A stretch of 64,000 nt of DNA from Candidatus Aminicenantes bacterium (GCA_963702005.1 OY969696.1:576001-640000), one strand, 5' to 3'. Shown: positions 18,410-28,771, numbered from the stretch's first letter. Notes: generated by a model not told the origin, from the letters alone. Translations and numbers: made by a program.

Positions 18410-19474
18410 ATGCCCCCATCCGTGACAAAAAGATCGAAGAAGGCGGGCCTTCCGCCGGGGACGCTCGTCCACGTCGGCGAGCGGAAGATGGAACGCGTCA
18501 AGATCACGGTTATCGACTACGATGAGAAGCACTTCGAGGAGCGCGAGGCCCGGACGGTCGAGGAGTGCTTTCCGTTCAAGGACAAGCCGACCGTAACCTG
18601 GATCAACGTCGACGGCATCCACGACACGCCCGTCATCGAGAAGCTCGGGACGTATTTCGGGATCCATTCCCTCATCCTCGAGGACATCCTCAACACCAAC
18701 CAGCGCCCCAAAATAGAGGATATGGGCGACTACATCTATATCGTCCTCAAGACGCTCGAGGGAGGACCCGGCTCCAGCTCCGAGCTCATAGAGCAGAACA
18801 GCTTCGTCGTCGGCCCCAACTTCGTCCTGTCCTTTCAGGAGAAGGAGGGGGACGCCTTCGGCCCGGTCCGGGACCGGATCCGCAAGGGCGGGAACCGGAT
18901 TCGCAAGCTCGGCCCCGATTACCTCGTCTACGCCCTGATCGACGCCGTCGTCGACAGCTACTTCGCCGTCCTGGAGCGGGTCGGAGAGCGGATCGAGGAC
19001 CTCGAGGAGGAGCTCATCGCCGACCCCTCGCCCAAGACCCTCAACGGAATTCACGTCCTCAAGAACGAAATGCTTTTCCTCCGCAAAGCGGTCTGGCCCC
19101 TGCGCGAGGTCATCAACTCGATCGAGCGGACCGAATCGGCCCTGGTCAAGAAGGGGACCGACATCTTCTTCCGCGATATCTACGACCACATCATCCAGGT
19201 CATCGACACGGTCGAGACCTACCGGGACATGCTGGGGGGCATGTTCGACACCTACCTGTCCAGCCTCTCGAACCGGATGAACGAGGTCATGAAGGTCCTG
19301 ACCATCATCGCCACCATCTTCATTCCCCTGACCTTCCTGGCCGGGATCTACGGGATGAACTTCAAGTTCATGCCCGAGCTCGGGTGGCGTTGGGGTTACG
19401 CGGGCGTCTGGGTCATCATCGTCGCCGTCGCGCTGACCATGATCCTCTTTTTCAAGAAAAAGAAATGGCTGTAA
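18410..19474 (+). CDS. corA: Magnesium/cobalt transporter
   Basis: QRPKIED, MNEVMKVLT, GIYGMNF, MPEL. Confidence 0.95.
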   Translation: MPPSVTKRSKKAGLPPGTLVHVGERKMERVKITVIDYDEKHFEEREARTVEECFPFKDKPTVTWINVDGIHDTPVIEKLGTYFGIHSLILEDILNTNQRPKIEDMGDYIYIVLKTLEGGPGSSSELIEQNSFVVGPNFVLSFQEKEGDAFGPVRDRIRKGGNRIRKLGPDYLVYALIDAVVDSYFAVLERVGERIEDLEEELIADPSPKTLNGIHVLKNEMLFLRKAVWPLREVINSIERTESALVKKGTDIFFRDIYDHIIQVIDTVETYRDMLGGMFDTYLSSLSNRMNEVMKVLTIIATIFIPLTFLAGIYGMNFKFMPELGWRWGYAGVWVIIVAVALTMILFFKKKKWL

Positions 19475-19499
19475 CCCATCGGGGGAAGGAGGCGAATCC

Positions 19500-19700
19500 G
19501 TGAAAACGAAGCTCGTCCTGGCCCTGGTCATCCTGGCCCTGCTGGTTATTCTTCTCATCCAGAACACACAAATCGTCACCTACCGGCTCTATTTCTGGAG
19601 CGTATCCCTCTCCCAGATCATCCTCCTGCCGCTGGCCGTCCTGGCCGGCTTTTTGATCGGCTTTCTCACGGCCAAGATGTCCGGCCGGGGCAAGAAATAA
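19500..19700 (+). CDS. LapA/DUF1049-like small membrane protein
   Basis: Two hydrophobic segments flanking QNTQIV; AGGAGG RBS and GTG start. Confidence 0.7.
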   Translation: MKTKLVLALVILALLVILLIQNTQIVTYRLYFWSVSLSQIILLPLAVLAGFLIGFLTAKMSGRGKK

Positions 19701-19704
19701 CGGT

Positions 19705-20328
19705 GTGCCGGCCAAAGCGAGGGCGCACATGAAGTCCGTTTTTTCGCACATCCGGACCAACGTCGTGCGCGGGCTGCTCGCCCTCGTCCCCCTCGTCCTT
19801 TGTTATTTTGTCATCCGGCTCCTCTACCTCCAGGTCGACGAGCGGGTTGCGCCCTGGATCGAGCGCATCTTCGGCGTGCGGATCCCCGGCCTGGGTCTCC
19901 TCCTCGTCCTGATTCTTCTTTATCTGGCCGGGCTCGCGGTCAGCCACTGGTGGGGCCGGAAGGCGTTTCAGGTCGTCGAATTCCTGACGACCCGGATCCC
20001 CCTGATCAAGACCGTTTACCATGTCGGCAAGCAGCTCACCGACGCCATCTCCCTGCCCGACAAAAAAGGCTTCCATCGGGTCGTGCTCGTCCAGCAGTTT
20101 CGGTCCGGCGTCTGGTCGATCGGTTTCGTTACCGGGACCCTCTCCGAACGGGGGAAGAAAAAGGCGCCGAAAGTCCTCAAGGTGTTCATCCCGACCGCTC
20201 CCAACCCGACAACCGGCTTCATGGTCTTGGTCAAGGAATCAGACGTTCGGGAGATGAACTGGAGCGTCAAGGACGCCATGAACGCCGTCATCTCAGGCGG
20301 CCTGATCAGCCCGCCGGACCTGCCCTGA
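19705..20328 (+). CDS. DUF502 family membrane protein
   Basis: RIPLIKTVY, IGFVT, VFIPTAPNPTTGF, VISGG. Confidence 0.88.
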   Translation: MPAKARAHMKSVFSHIRTNVVRGLLALVPLVLCYFVIRLLYLQVDERVAPWIERIFGVRIPGLGLLLVLILLYLAGLAVSHWWGRKAFQVVEFLTTRIPLIKTVYHVGKQLTDAISLPDKKGFHRVVLVQQFRSGVWSIGFVTGTLSERGKKKAPKVLKVFIPTAPNPTTGFMVLVKESDVREMNWSVKDAMNAVISGGLISPPDLP

Positions 20329-20330
20329 AC

Positions 20331-20580
20331 GGGGTCAATCCCCTCCGCTAGAAATCCTAGGCGCATCGTCGTGGAGTGGATGCGAGGAACCCGCTCCGGG
20401 GACCGGCGAGGAGCTTCGGACCTACACTTTGTCACCCGTTCGCCGACGCGACCCCGCCCTAAAAGGCGGGGCTTAAAATCGGAGCCCTGCCTTTCAAGGC
20501 GGAGATGAGAAGCGAGGCTCAGGGTTAACCCTGACCAAGCCCCGGCCTTCAGGCCGGGGAGTCGAGGGTTTGACTTTTTC
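20331..20580. mobile_element. Nested repeat cluster (family E host carrying D-like and B insertions)
   Basis: GGGGTCA[ATCCCC...GGAGCTTCG]GACCTACACTTTGTCAC[CCGTTCG...GGGTTTGAC]TTTTTC; uninterrupted host sequence at 23184-23213. Confidence 0.75.
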
Positions 20581-20665
20581 CAAAAAAACCTATGCTATCG
20601 TCGACGAAAAAAGGGGGGCGCTCCCAATGTCTTGAAGGGCCGGCGCGTCCCGGCTTTCTCTTGGA

Positions 20666-21907
20666 CTATTTCTTCTCGATAAGGTCCGGGAAGGCCGCCT
20701 TGAGCGATTCGAGAACCCAGCCCGCTTGCTCCTCCTGAAAGGCGGCGACATCCTTCGCGGGCGGCCGGAGCGTTTCCCAGTCGCGAAGCTTCCGCTCTGT
20801 CCTGTCCAGGACGGTATCTTCGATACGGAGGAGCTTGGGCAGGACTCCCTCACCGCAGTAGGTCCTGAGCCGGGTCAGGTTCAGGTACTGAGGCATGTGG
20901 CCGCGGACATCCGGGTAGAGATAGGCGACCAGGGCTCGCGAGAAGTCGTTGAGCGGCGCCGTCGCGGGCCCGGCGCAGGCGGCAGGAACGGCTTCCGCGT
21001 CCGGCCAAAGGGGAACGGCGACCGCCGTCACGGCCTGGCCGAGGGCGGCCCACATCGTGGCCAAGTAGGACTTGTCCCGCGAGGGCGCGCCCTGGAAGAC
21101 GGCGACGGCGACCGAGGAGTTGCGGTTGATCGTATCGTTGGTATGGATGTAGAGGGGGGCGGCCGGGTCGGCGGGAAGGGCGACGGACATCGGGAAGGAA
21201 TAGAGCTTCTCGTTGACGAGGTCGCGGGCCGCTTCTTGGAGGATGAACTTCACGGTCAGGCGGTTCTCGGCGCGGGCCGTCTCGAAAAGATGCGAGGCGC
21301 GCTCGAAGCGGATGAAGCCGCCGCCCGCGAGAAGGTCGGGCGAGGTGAAAGCGTAATTAGTGCGGACGATGGTGCCGAAGGGCGCGACGCGCGGGTCGGC
21401 CGCGTCGAACTTCTGGTAGGAGGCGCTGGCCGTTTCGAAGAAGCAGGCCCCGCCCTGGGCGTCGATGACCCCGAAGTTGGCGGACAGGTCGTAGCGGCCG
21501 CGGCTGGCGTTGAGGAGCTCCTCGAAATCTGCGACCGTGGCGCAGAGGCCCAGGGCCGTTTTCATGAATCGGCCGTTGTCGGCGCCGTCCTTCCCGGGGG
21601 AAGCCAGGTCGTCGGACTGGGAGTTCATCAGGGCCAGGCCGGCCGAGTTGAGGCCGGCCCAAATCTCCTTGCCCTCGGGGTCGGCCGCGTCGATGAGGGC
21701 GATGCATTTGAATTTTTCGCCCGTGAAGGCGAACATCTTGTTCTTGAAAGCCGTCGTGTCCCTGTTCTTCCAGAGCAGGGGACGCCCGTCCGGGGTCGCT
21801 TTGCCCGAAACGACGGCCAGCGTGCAGGGCCGCAGCAAAGACGTCCCGATGAAAAAGAGGGCCGAGGCTAAAATGAGATTCCGGGCCGGACAATGGGCTC
21901 GAGCCAT
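20666..21907 (-). CDS. Exported Ntn-hydrolase (C45/choloylglycine hydrolase-like)
   Basis: Signal peptide then CTLAVVSGKATPDGRPLLWKNRD (N-terminal nucleophile Cys), RTNY; AGGAGA RBS before ATG 21907. Confidence 0.8.
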   Translation of the reverse strand: MARAHCPARNLILASALFFIGTSLLRPCTLAVVSGKATPDGRPLLWKNRDTTAFKNKMFAFTGEKFKCIALIDAADPEGKEIWAGLNSAGLALMNSQSDDLASPGKDGADNGRFMKTALGLCATVADFEELLNASRGRYDLSANFGVIDAQGGACFFETASASYQKFDAADPRVAPFGTIVRTNYAFTSPDLLAGGGFIRFERASHLFETARAENRLTVKFILQEAARDLVNEKLYSFPMSVALPADPAAPLYIHTNDTINRNSSVAVAVFQGAPSRDKSYLATMWAALGQAVTAVAVPLWPDAEAVPAACAGPATAPLNDFSRALVAYLYPDVRGHMPQYLNLTRLRTYCGEGVLPKLLRIEDTVLDRTERKLRDWETLRPPAKDVAAFQEEQAGWVLESLKAAFPDLIEKK

Positions 21908-22065
21908 GGCGAGGTCTCCTTTCGCGTATTTACAGATGACCGTTGAGACTCTTAGGGTATCAAAATTGAACGGCGGGCTCAACGGACCCTGAGGGACGGA
22001 CTCGGCGGCGTTTGATCGCCGGATTGAGTCTGTGTTATAAGTAATCCGGCCGGGAGAGGGACGCC

Positions 22066-23181
22066 ATGCTCAGAAAATCCGCGCGGGCTCCGATCTTTTT
22101 CTGCCTCTTGGCTTGCGCCATCTTGAGCGGGAGGGGATTGGTTCGAGCGGAGGATAAGCCTGCCGAACCGGGGCAGGCCAGGACGGGGCGGTGGCTTCTG
22201 CTTCCCGTTCTCGGTTATTCGCCGGAGACGCGGATCATCCTGGGGCTGGGCGGCGTCTATTATTTCCGGCCCGCCGGCAGCCGTCCCGAGGCTCGTCCCT
22301 CCCAGGTTTGGATCGCCGCGATCGGCACCCAAAACAAACAATTCATGCTGTGGCTGCTGCCAGAACTGTACCTCCGGAATGAAACGCTCAGGATCGTCGG
22401 CAGCCTCAAGCTGGAAAATTATCCGCAGAAATTCTACGGGGTCGGAAACGATACGGCCGACGAAATCGAGGAAGACTACAGCTACCGTCGGGCCTATCTG
22501 GAACTGACCGCGCTGCGCAAGATCCGGTCCCGGTTCTTCGGCGGCCTTTACTATGAATTCGAAACCGGCCGAATCGTCAAGCCCAAGCCGGGCGGCCTGC
22601 TCGACCGCGGCGAGATCCCCGGGACCGGGACGACGACCGTCTCGGGCGCGGGCCTGGCCGCGGCCTGGGACAGCCGGGACAGCATCTTTTTTCCGCGCCG
22701 CGGATCTTATCATCAAGCCTGGCTGTCGGGCTATAGCGGCATTCTGGGAAGCGAGTACGACTTCATTCGGCTCAAGTTCGACCTGCGCCACTACATCCCC
22801 GTTTTCTCAAGCCACGTCCTCGCCCTTCAGGCCATGGTCCGGCTGATCTCGGGGCAACCGCCTTTCCAGTTCATGGGGACGATCGGCGGAGACACGCTCA
22901 TGCGCGGATACTACCTGGGAAGGTACCGGGACAAGAACCTGGTCATCCTGCAGGCCGAGTACCGGATGCCGGTCTGGTGGCGGTTCGGCTTGGCCGGGTT
23001 CGCGGGCGTGGGCGACGTGGCCGCGAAACCGGGAAAATTCAGGTTGGGAAGCTTTAAATACACGGCCGGGTTCGGGCTCCGCTTTCTGTTCGACGCCAAG
23101 GAGAAGACCTACATCAGGGTCGATTTCGGCTTCGGCAAGAACACCTCCGGCATGTACATCATGGTCGGCGAAGCCTTCTAG
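22066..23181 (+). CDS. BamA/TamA (Omp85) family outer-membrane barrel
   Basis: LPVLGYSPET, DSRD, MRGY...GRYRD, AEYR, C-terminal GEAF. Confidence 0.85.
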   Translation: MLRKSARAPIFFCLLACAILSGRGLVRAEDKPAEPGQARTGRWLLLPVLGYSPETRIILGLGGVYYFRPAGSRPEARPSQVWIAAIGTQNKQFMLWLLPELYLRNETLRIVGSLKLENYPQKFYGVGNDTADEIEEDYSYRRAYLELTALRKIRSRFFGGLYYEFETGRIVKPKPGGLLDRGEIPGTGTTTVSGAGLAAAWDSRDSIFFPRRGSYHQAWLSGYSGILGSEYDFIRLKFDLRHYIPVFSSHVLALQAMVRLISGQPPFQFMGTIGGDTLMRGYYLGRYRDKNLVILQAEYRMPVWWRFGLAGFAGVGDVAAKPGKFRLGSFKYTAGFGLRFLFDAKEKTYIRVDFGFGKNTSGMYIMVGEAF

Positions 23182-23183
23182 TC

Positions 23184-23258
23184 GGGGTCAAACCTACACT
23201 TTGTCACTTTTTCAATCCCCTCGCGGGATTCCAGGGACGTAAGTCCGTGGAGCTTCAG
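23184..23258. repeat. Family E repeat followed by a family D element
   Basis: GGGGTCAAACCTACACTTTGTCACTTTTTCA then ATCCCCTCGCGGGATTCCAGGGACGTAAGTCCGTGGAGCTTCAG (near-identical to 45793-45843). Confidence 0.75.
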
Positions 23259-23299
23259 AAAAACACTTAAAAAAATGCGAGTTAGCCGCGTTAAACCAC

Positions 23300-23485
23300 T
23301 TGACCCGTTCGCCCATGCTACCCCGCCCTGAAGGGCGGGGCTAAAATCGGAGCCCCGCCTTTCAAGGCGGGGACGAGAAGCGACACTTTTGTACTCAGCC
23401 CTTTTAGAAGGAATGGGGCTGAGTAGCCTCAGGGTTAACCCCGAGCAAGCCCCGGTATTCATGGCGGGGAGTTGAGGGGTTGACA
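23300..23485. mobile_element. Family-B element with two nested hairpin inserts
   Basis: TTGAC|CCGTTCGCC...ACCCCGCCCTGAAGGGCGGGGCT...TACTCAGCCC..GGGCTGAGTA...CTCAGGGTTAACCCCGAGC...GAGGGGTTGAC|A. Confidence 0.75.
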
Positions 23486-23516
23486 ATTTCTTAATCTGTA
23501 TTATATTATTAATACA
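23480..23516 (+). promoter_or_regulatory. Sigma70 promoter with YtrA-type operator
   Basis: TTGACA-16 bp-TATATT; TGTATTA-N6-TAATACA inverted repeat at 23497-23516. Confidence 0.7.
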
Positions 23517-23534
23517 CTAATACGGAGGCCGAAG

Positions 23535-23936
23535 GTGATCAAGATCGACCCGACAAGCTTCATCCCCCTTTATGAACAGGTCAAGGCCGGCCTCAGACGC
23601 GAAATCGCCCTGGGGGCGCTCAAGCCCCTTCAGCCCCTCCCCTCGATCCGGGAGCTGGCCGCGAACCTCCTGATCAACCCCAACACCGTGGCCCGGGCTT
23701 ACGGCGAGCTCGAGCGGGACCGGCTGATCACGACAAGGAAGGGTAAAGGCTGCTTCGTGTCCGAGGATTCCCGGGCCGCCGTCGAGAAGGAAAAGGTCAA
23801 GCGTCTCGACGCGGTGTTCGAGGAGGCGATCGAGGACGCCCGGAAGACGGGGGCCGGGCTGTCCGAGATCAGGAAAGCGTTCGAAGACAGGCTCCGGGCC
23901 GCTTTCGAAGGACCCTCGAAAAGGAGGACGTCATGA
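23535..23936 (+). CDS. GntR family regulator, YtrA subfamily
   Basis: PLYEQV, LPSIRELA..L.INPNTVARAY..LE, KGKGCFV. Confidence 0.92.
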   Translation: MIKIDPTSFIPLYEQVKAGLRREIALGALKPLQPLPSIRELAANLLINPNTVARAYGELERDRLITTRKGKGCFVSEDSRAAVEKEKVKRLDAVFEEAIEDARKTGAGLSEIRKAFEDRLRAAFEGPSKRRTS

Positions 23937-24838
23937 ACGAGCTGCTGAAAGTCTGCGGGCTGAACAAGAGGTTCGGGAAGAAACGCGTCCTCGACGACCT
24001 CGCCTTCGCGGTCGAGCCGGGTCGCGTTTACGGCCTCCTGGGCCGGAACGGCGAAGGGAAGACGACTCTGGCCAGGATCCTGATGGGCGTCATCCCCGCC
24101 GACCGGGGCGAGGTCGTGTTCAAGGGTCAGGCGATCCGTTTTGGCGCCGCGGCCTACAAACGCGAGATCGGTTATATTCCCGAGGATCCTTTCTATTACG
24201 GCTGGATGAAGGTGAGGGAGCTTCTCAGCCTTAATGCCTCCTTTTACCCCAAGTGGGATGCGGACCGCGTCCGGGACCTGACCGGGAATCTCGGCCTGGA
24301 CCCGGGCGCCCGCATCAGAACCTTGTCCCGAGGCCAAAAGCTCAAGCTCGGCTTGGTCGTCGCGGTCGGGGCCGTCCCGGACCTTCTCCTCCTCGATGAC
24401 CCGACCTCGGGGCTCGACGTCCCGACCCGGCACGATTTCCTGCGCGGCGTCATCCACGACCTGGCCGAGCGGGGAACGGCCGTTTTGTTCGCGACCCATA
24501 TGGTCCATGAGCTGGAACGGATCGCGGATCATCTCCTTGTCCTCCACGGCGGCCGGGTTATTCTCGACCGGCGTTTCGAGGACGTCAAGGCCTTGACCCG
24601 GCGCGTCCGGCTTTCCTTCGACGGCGAACCGCCGGCCTGGCCCGCGATCGAAGGCACGCTTTCCGTCGAGCGAGAGGCGGGGCGGGTCGAGGCCTTCGTC
24701 TATCCCTGGAACGGCGCGGCCGAGGAAGGGATCAGGAGCCTCGCTCCGGTCAAGATGGAAATCGAGCCCCTCTCGCTCGAGGAGATTTTCGTCGCATTCG
24801 TCAGCGTCGATCCGGCCCGGCCGGTTGCGAGATCATAA
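23933..24838 (+). CDS. ABC transporter ATP-binding protein (YtrB-like)
   Basis: GRNGEGKTT, LSRGQ, LLLLDDPT, SLEEIF. Confidence 0.92.
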   Translation: MNELLKVCGLNKRFGKKRVLDDLAFAVEPGRVYGLLGRNGEGKTTLARILMGVIPADRGEVVFKGQAIRFGAAAYKREIGYIPEDPFYYGWMKVRELLSLNASFYPKWDADRVRDLTGNLGLDPGARIRTLSRGQKLKLGLVVAVGAVPDLLLLDDPTSGLDVPTRHDFLRGVIHDLAERGTAVLFATHMVHELERIADHLLVLHGGRVILDRRFEDVKALTRRVRLSFDGEPPAWPAIEGTLSVEREAGRVEAFVYPWNGAAEEGIRSLAPVKMEIEPLSLEEIFVAFVSVDPARPVARS

Positions 24839-24847
24839 GGAGACGCC

Positions 24848-26788
24848 ATGAACGGACACCTCATTCTCAGGGAATGGAAGGAAAAATTCGAAATCCCCTT
24901 GCTCTCTCTGGTGCTGCTCATCATGCTTATCGGCCTGATTTCGGTTTTCCCTCAACGGGGGGATGTTCTTGTTCTCCTCACCGGCTCCATCGTGCTTGTC
25001 TTTCTCCCCTTCTTGGGAATGTTGATCGGCGCCAACGCCTTCAACACCGAGATCAAGGACGGAGCTTGGGCTTTCCTTTTTTCGAGGCCGGTTAAGAAGT
25101 CAACGGTTTGGATCTCGAAGTTCATCGCTCTCGTCGGCTATCTGGCGGCGACTCTTCTCGTTTACTATGTCGTTCTATCCATGTTTCCAAGCATCAAGGA
25201 CCGGCTGAACGAATTCGGGTTTAAGATGGAGCCGCTGGGCACGATTTCCCCCTGGGCGCTGTGTTTGATCATGTCCTTCAGCCTTTTCATCATCGCCTTC
25301 TCGCTGTCGTTCCTGACCGACAATCAATTCCATGTCATTTTCTTTTCCCTGTTCGTATTCGCGGGATTGGCGATCCTCTTGTTCATGATTCTTTTTACGA
25401 TCGCCCGCATCAAGCCTCGCTTCGTCTTTTTAGTGCCTATTGCTTGGGGGCTGGCCTTCGCGGGCGTCGCGGGGGCGTCCCTGGCCGCCTTCTGCCGCAG
25501 CGACTTTTCCCAGCCTCCCCGGAAGGTCCTCGGGTTCCTGAAATGGAGCGCGCTGCTTTTAATCCCCGCAATCATCTGCATTCTAGCCGCGGCCTGGATC
25601 GGGGAATGGCTGAGTCCGCTTGAATACATGGACGTGATGCCCGAAGGCCGCTTCGCTTTCATCCAAACAAATAGGGGGGATTACCGTTACGACGCGGACA
25701 GGGACGAGCTCAAGCGGCTGGGCAGAGCCTCGTGGGATTGGGGCTTTTCGGCCGGGGGGGGGAAAATCGTTGTGCTCAAGAACTTCCCCAAGGGAACAGG
25801 GCATGAGCCGGGGCCATGGATTATGGATGAGGACGGCAGCAATCAAAAGCCTCTCATCTCGGCCCAGGATCGGAACGGTTCTCTTTTTAAGGGGCAATAC
25901 GTCTATGGCTGCAGCTTGTCTCGGGACGGAACCCGTGTCGTGTTTATAACCCGCCCGATAAAATCCGGGACTCAATCGCGCCTGTGGAGCGTCAACTCCG
26001 ACGGAACGGGGTTGAGGGATTATCATGTCGATGTTCCCAACGCATATTTCTGGTCCTTACACGGTTTGACCGGTGATAATCGCCATGTCCTGCTGACTTT
26101 TCGCGATATCATTCCGAAGGAAACGACAAAAGCCCCAACGTGGTGGCTTATCAAGCTTTCGCTCGAGACCGGCGCGTGGCAGACGTTCGCCGAGAACGCC
26201 ATGATGACCCATGCCCTTGGTCTGTCCCCGGCAGGCGACAAGCTGGGGGTGACTTTCCGCTCCCCCCAGCCTGCGCTCCCGGTCCCCTCGAAACCGCACG
26301 CCTACGTTTATACACCTCCCGATACGCTGGCCGTTTTCGACCTCGAAACTCTGACCAGGACGGATATATTGAAAGGTCGGCCATTCAACAATGCCCGCTG
26401 GGACGCGACCGGAGCCAGGATCGCTTTTTTGACCGAGGCGGGGAGACGCCTGGGCGTCTATTCCCTCGCCGAAAACAAGGTCGTTGCCGAGAGAGAAATC
26501 GGGGCCGAGTTCAAGGATTCGAACATGGATTTGCTCATCCGGTTCATGGACTGGGTAGATGGGGGCCGAAAGATCGCGATTATCGGACGAGTGGACAAAC
26601 ACTATGTGCTTAGGATATTCGATGACAAGCTAGCCGGGGAAAAAATCTACAGTATTCCCCGATCTGAGACGTTCACGTTCATCCCCGAAGCCCATGGCTT
26701 CGGTGCAAAAGTGCTCGTCCAGGATTATCAGTCATTAAGGCTTCTGGCCTTCGACCTGGCCACCGAAAAATGGCGTAAGCTCTTTTAA
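24848..26788 (+). CDS. ABC-2 type permease with C-terminal beta-propeller-like domain
   Basis: EIKDGAWAFLFSRPVKK..W.SK, about 8 hydrophobic segments, then SRDG/SPAG/WDATG repeats. Confidence 0.75.
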   Translation: MNGHLILREWKEKFEIPLLSLVLLIMLIGLISVFPQRGDVLVLLTGSIVLVFLPFLGMLIGANAFNTEIKDGAWAFLFSRPVKKSTVWISKFIALVGYLAATLLVYYVVLSMFPSIKDRLNEFGFKMEPLGTISPWALCLIMSFSLFIIAFSLSFLTDNQFHVIFFSLFVFAGLAILLFMILFTIARIKPRFVFLVPIAWGLAFAGVAGASLAAFCRSDFSQPPRKVLGFLKWSALLLIPAIICILAAAWIGEWLSPLEYMDVMPEGRFAFIQTNRGDYRYDADRDELKRLGRASWDWGFSAGGGKIVVLKNFPKGTGHEPGPWIMDEDGSNQKPLISAQDRNGSLFKGQYVYGCSLSRDGTRVVFITRPIKSGTQSRLWSVNSDGTGLRDYHVDVPNAYFWSLHGLTGDNRHVLLTFRDIIPKETTKAPTWWLIKLSLETGAWQTFAENAMMTHALGLSPAGDKLGVTFRSPQPALPVPSKPHAYVYTPPDTLAVFDLETLTRTDILKGRPFNNARWDATGARIAFLTEAGRRLGVYSLAENKVVAEREIGAEFKDSNMDLLIRFMDWVDGGRKIAIIGRVDKHYVLRIFDDKLAGEKIYSIPRSETFTFIPEAHGFGAKVLVQDYQSLRLLAFDLATEKWRKLF

Positions 26789-27411
26789 TTTCTGCCGTCT
26801 CGCGCTTTAAGAAGAAGAACGGTAGCGGCGTCCCCGTCGGATTTGGCTTCGACGGCCCGGCGAAAAGCCTCCATCTCGCAGCGTCGTAAGGTCAGGGAGC
26901 GGTCCGTGTCGCGGGGATAGGTCAGGAGGAGGGTCGGGTCGGGCTGCCAGTCGGGATGGCGCCGGGCCAGGAATATCTGGAACTTTTCCTCGAGGATGAT
27001 CTCGGCCAGTTCAGCCGGAGAAAACGCTTTTTCCGGGCTTGCGCCCCCCGCCTTCCCCGCCAAACAGGTCGCGACCCAGGTTTCGCCGATCCGGACCCTT
27101 TCGTTGTTATCGACGCCGCCGTACTTCCCATCAAAAACGCGGACGCGGTCCGCTCCGTCAAGCGGCCGGAAGCCCGGTGGCGGCTGAGGGTGATCGAACA
27201 GGTAGGTCTTGGATCCGTCGAAGACCGCGGCCGGGACGGCGTCGGGCTCGAATCCCGGCCAGAGAGATGCCGACTCGATCCGGTCCAGTTCCGTCATGAA
27301 GCTCAGGACCGTGAAAATAATTGCGCCGGCCGCGACCCCGGCCCAGGCGAGGAGGCAGCCCAGGACGGCGAGAATGATCCGGCGATGCCCGCGGTCCCAA
27401 CGGCGCCTCAT
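26785..27411 (-). pseudogene. Probably truncated exported protein
   Basis: Signal-like N-terminus; ends abruptly against the convergent permease stop. Confidence 0.45.
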
Positions 27412-27566
27412 GAAGCGATCTTTCTTCTATATTTCCCGGCTCTCTATCAATAAATACGCGTGAGAAGGCCGTTTTGTTTCGGAAGAACCGACCTTATCCA
27501 AATCATTGGATTCATAGTTCGGCCCGTCTCCGGAGCGGAAAGAGCCTCATCGGCCGCTATCGATGT

Positions 27567-28649
27567 TTATCCGCAGACCGCGCTGAAGACGCGGAGGACG
27601 TTCGACCAACAAATATTCATGAGACGCTCTTCGCTGAGCCCGCGCTCGGCCAGGGCGTCCCGGACGAGGGCGAGGCCCGAACAGTCCTCGACGCCGTTGG
27701 GCAGCGAGGGAACTCCGTCGAAATCGGTTCCGAATGCGACGGCTTGATTTCCCGCCAGCCGTTCGATATAGAGGATGTGATCCAGGTAGCGGTCGAGCGG
27801 GAGCTTCTCGTCGGCCATCGTCCGGCCGAGGCGCGTCACGAAACGGGAGAAGGCCTCAGCCAACCCGATCGGATTATTTCCCGACTGCTCCTCTTCCCGG
27901 TCCAAGGCTTTGAATAAATCCCCCGCCCGTTGTTCCGTGGTCTCCCTGTAATCTGGGTCAAGGAAATAAGGGTAGAGGTTGATACCGACCAGGCCGCCGG
28001 ATTCCGCGATGCCGCGGATGAGGTCGTCCCTAAGATTTCTCGGGACGGGATTAAGAGCATGGACGCAGGAGTGGGAAGCGACGACCGGCGCGCGGCTCAA
28101 GGCCAGGACTCGTTCGACGGCCCGGTCATGGGCGTGGGAAACGTCGACGATCATGCCCAGATCGTTCATGGCCGCGACGACGTCCCTCCCCAGCTCGGAG
28201 AGGCCGTTGAAACGGGGCGAGGGGTCGTTCGATGAAACGATCCAGTCGTTGCTCCGGGAGTGGACGAGGGTCATGAGGCGGACGCCGCGCTCCTTGAGAC
28301 GCTCGAGCTTGCCGAGGTCGTTCTCGATGGCGCTCCCGTTCTCGACGGCCAGGACGACCGCGGTTTTTCCGGCGCGTCGGGCCGATTCGATATCGGACGA
28401 TCGGGCGCAGACCGCGAGTTCGCCCCCGTGCTTCTCGACGGTCTCCTCGACGATGTCGAGCATTCGCAGGGCCAGCGGAAACGCCTCGCCGGAGGGAATC
28501 GCCGTGGGGATGTAGCAGGCGAAGACCTGGAGGCCGATTCCGCCGCGTCTCAGGGCGGGCAGGTTGACGTGGAGCGAAGCGTCGTCGAGGCTGCGTCCCG
28601 CGAGCAGAGACATGGCCGTGTCGCAGTGGAGGTCGGCGATGGGAATCAT
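27567..28649 (-). CDS. Membrane dipeptidase (M19)
   Basis: DLHCDT, AVENG, VDVSH, ASHS, FGTDFDG. Confidence 0.92.
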   Translation of the reverse strand: MIPIADLHCDTAMSLLAGRSLDDASLHVNLPALRRGGIGLQVFACYIPTAIPSGEAFPLALRMLDIVEETVEKHGGELAVCARSSDIESARRAGKTAVVLAVENGSAIENDLGKLERLKERGVRLMTLVHSRSNDWIVSSNDPSPRFNGLSELGRDVVAAMNDLGMIVDVSHAHDRAVERVLALSRAPVVASHSCVHALNPVPRNLRDDLIRGIAESGGLVGINLYPYFLDPDYRETTEQRAGDLFKALDREEEQSGNNPIGLAEAFSRFVTRLGRTMADEKLPLDRYLDHILYIERLAGNQAVAFGTDFDGVPSLPNGVEDCSGLALVRDALAERGLSEERLMNICWSNVLRVFSAVCG

Positions 28650-28771
28650 GGGCCCATTATCTCAAATTCGGTTGCCGCGGCAAACTCTCCGCCGCGCTTT
28701 GAGCCGCACCCCGGTTTGTCTTATACTGCTCTGGACGGCCCGGCGCCGCAGCCTATCGAGGGAGAAACGAG

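Noticed and set aside
20570-20665. Promoter for a small RNA downstream of the family-B copy
   Set aside because: TTGACT arises from the element end plus the host repeat tail; -10 spacing is poor and no gene follows.
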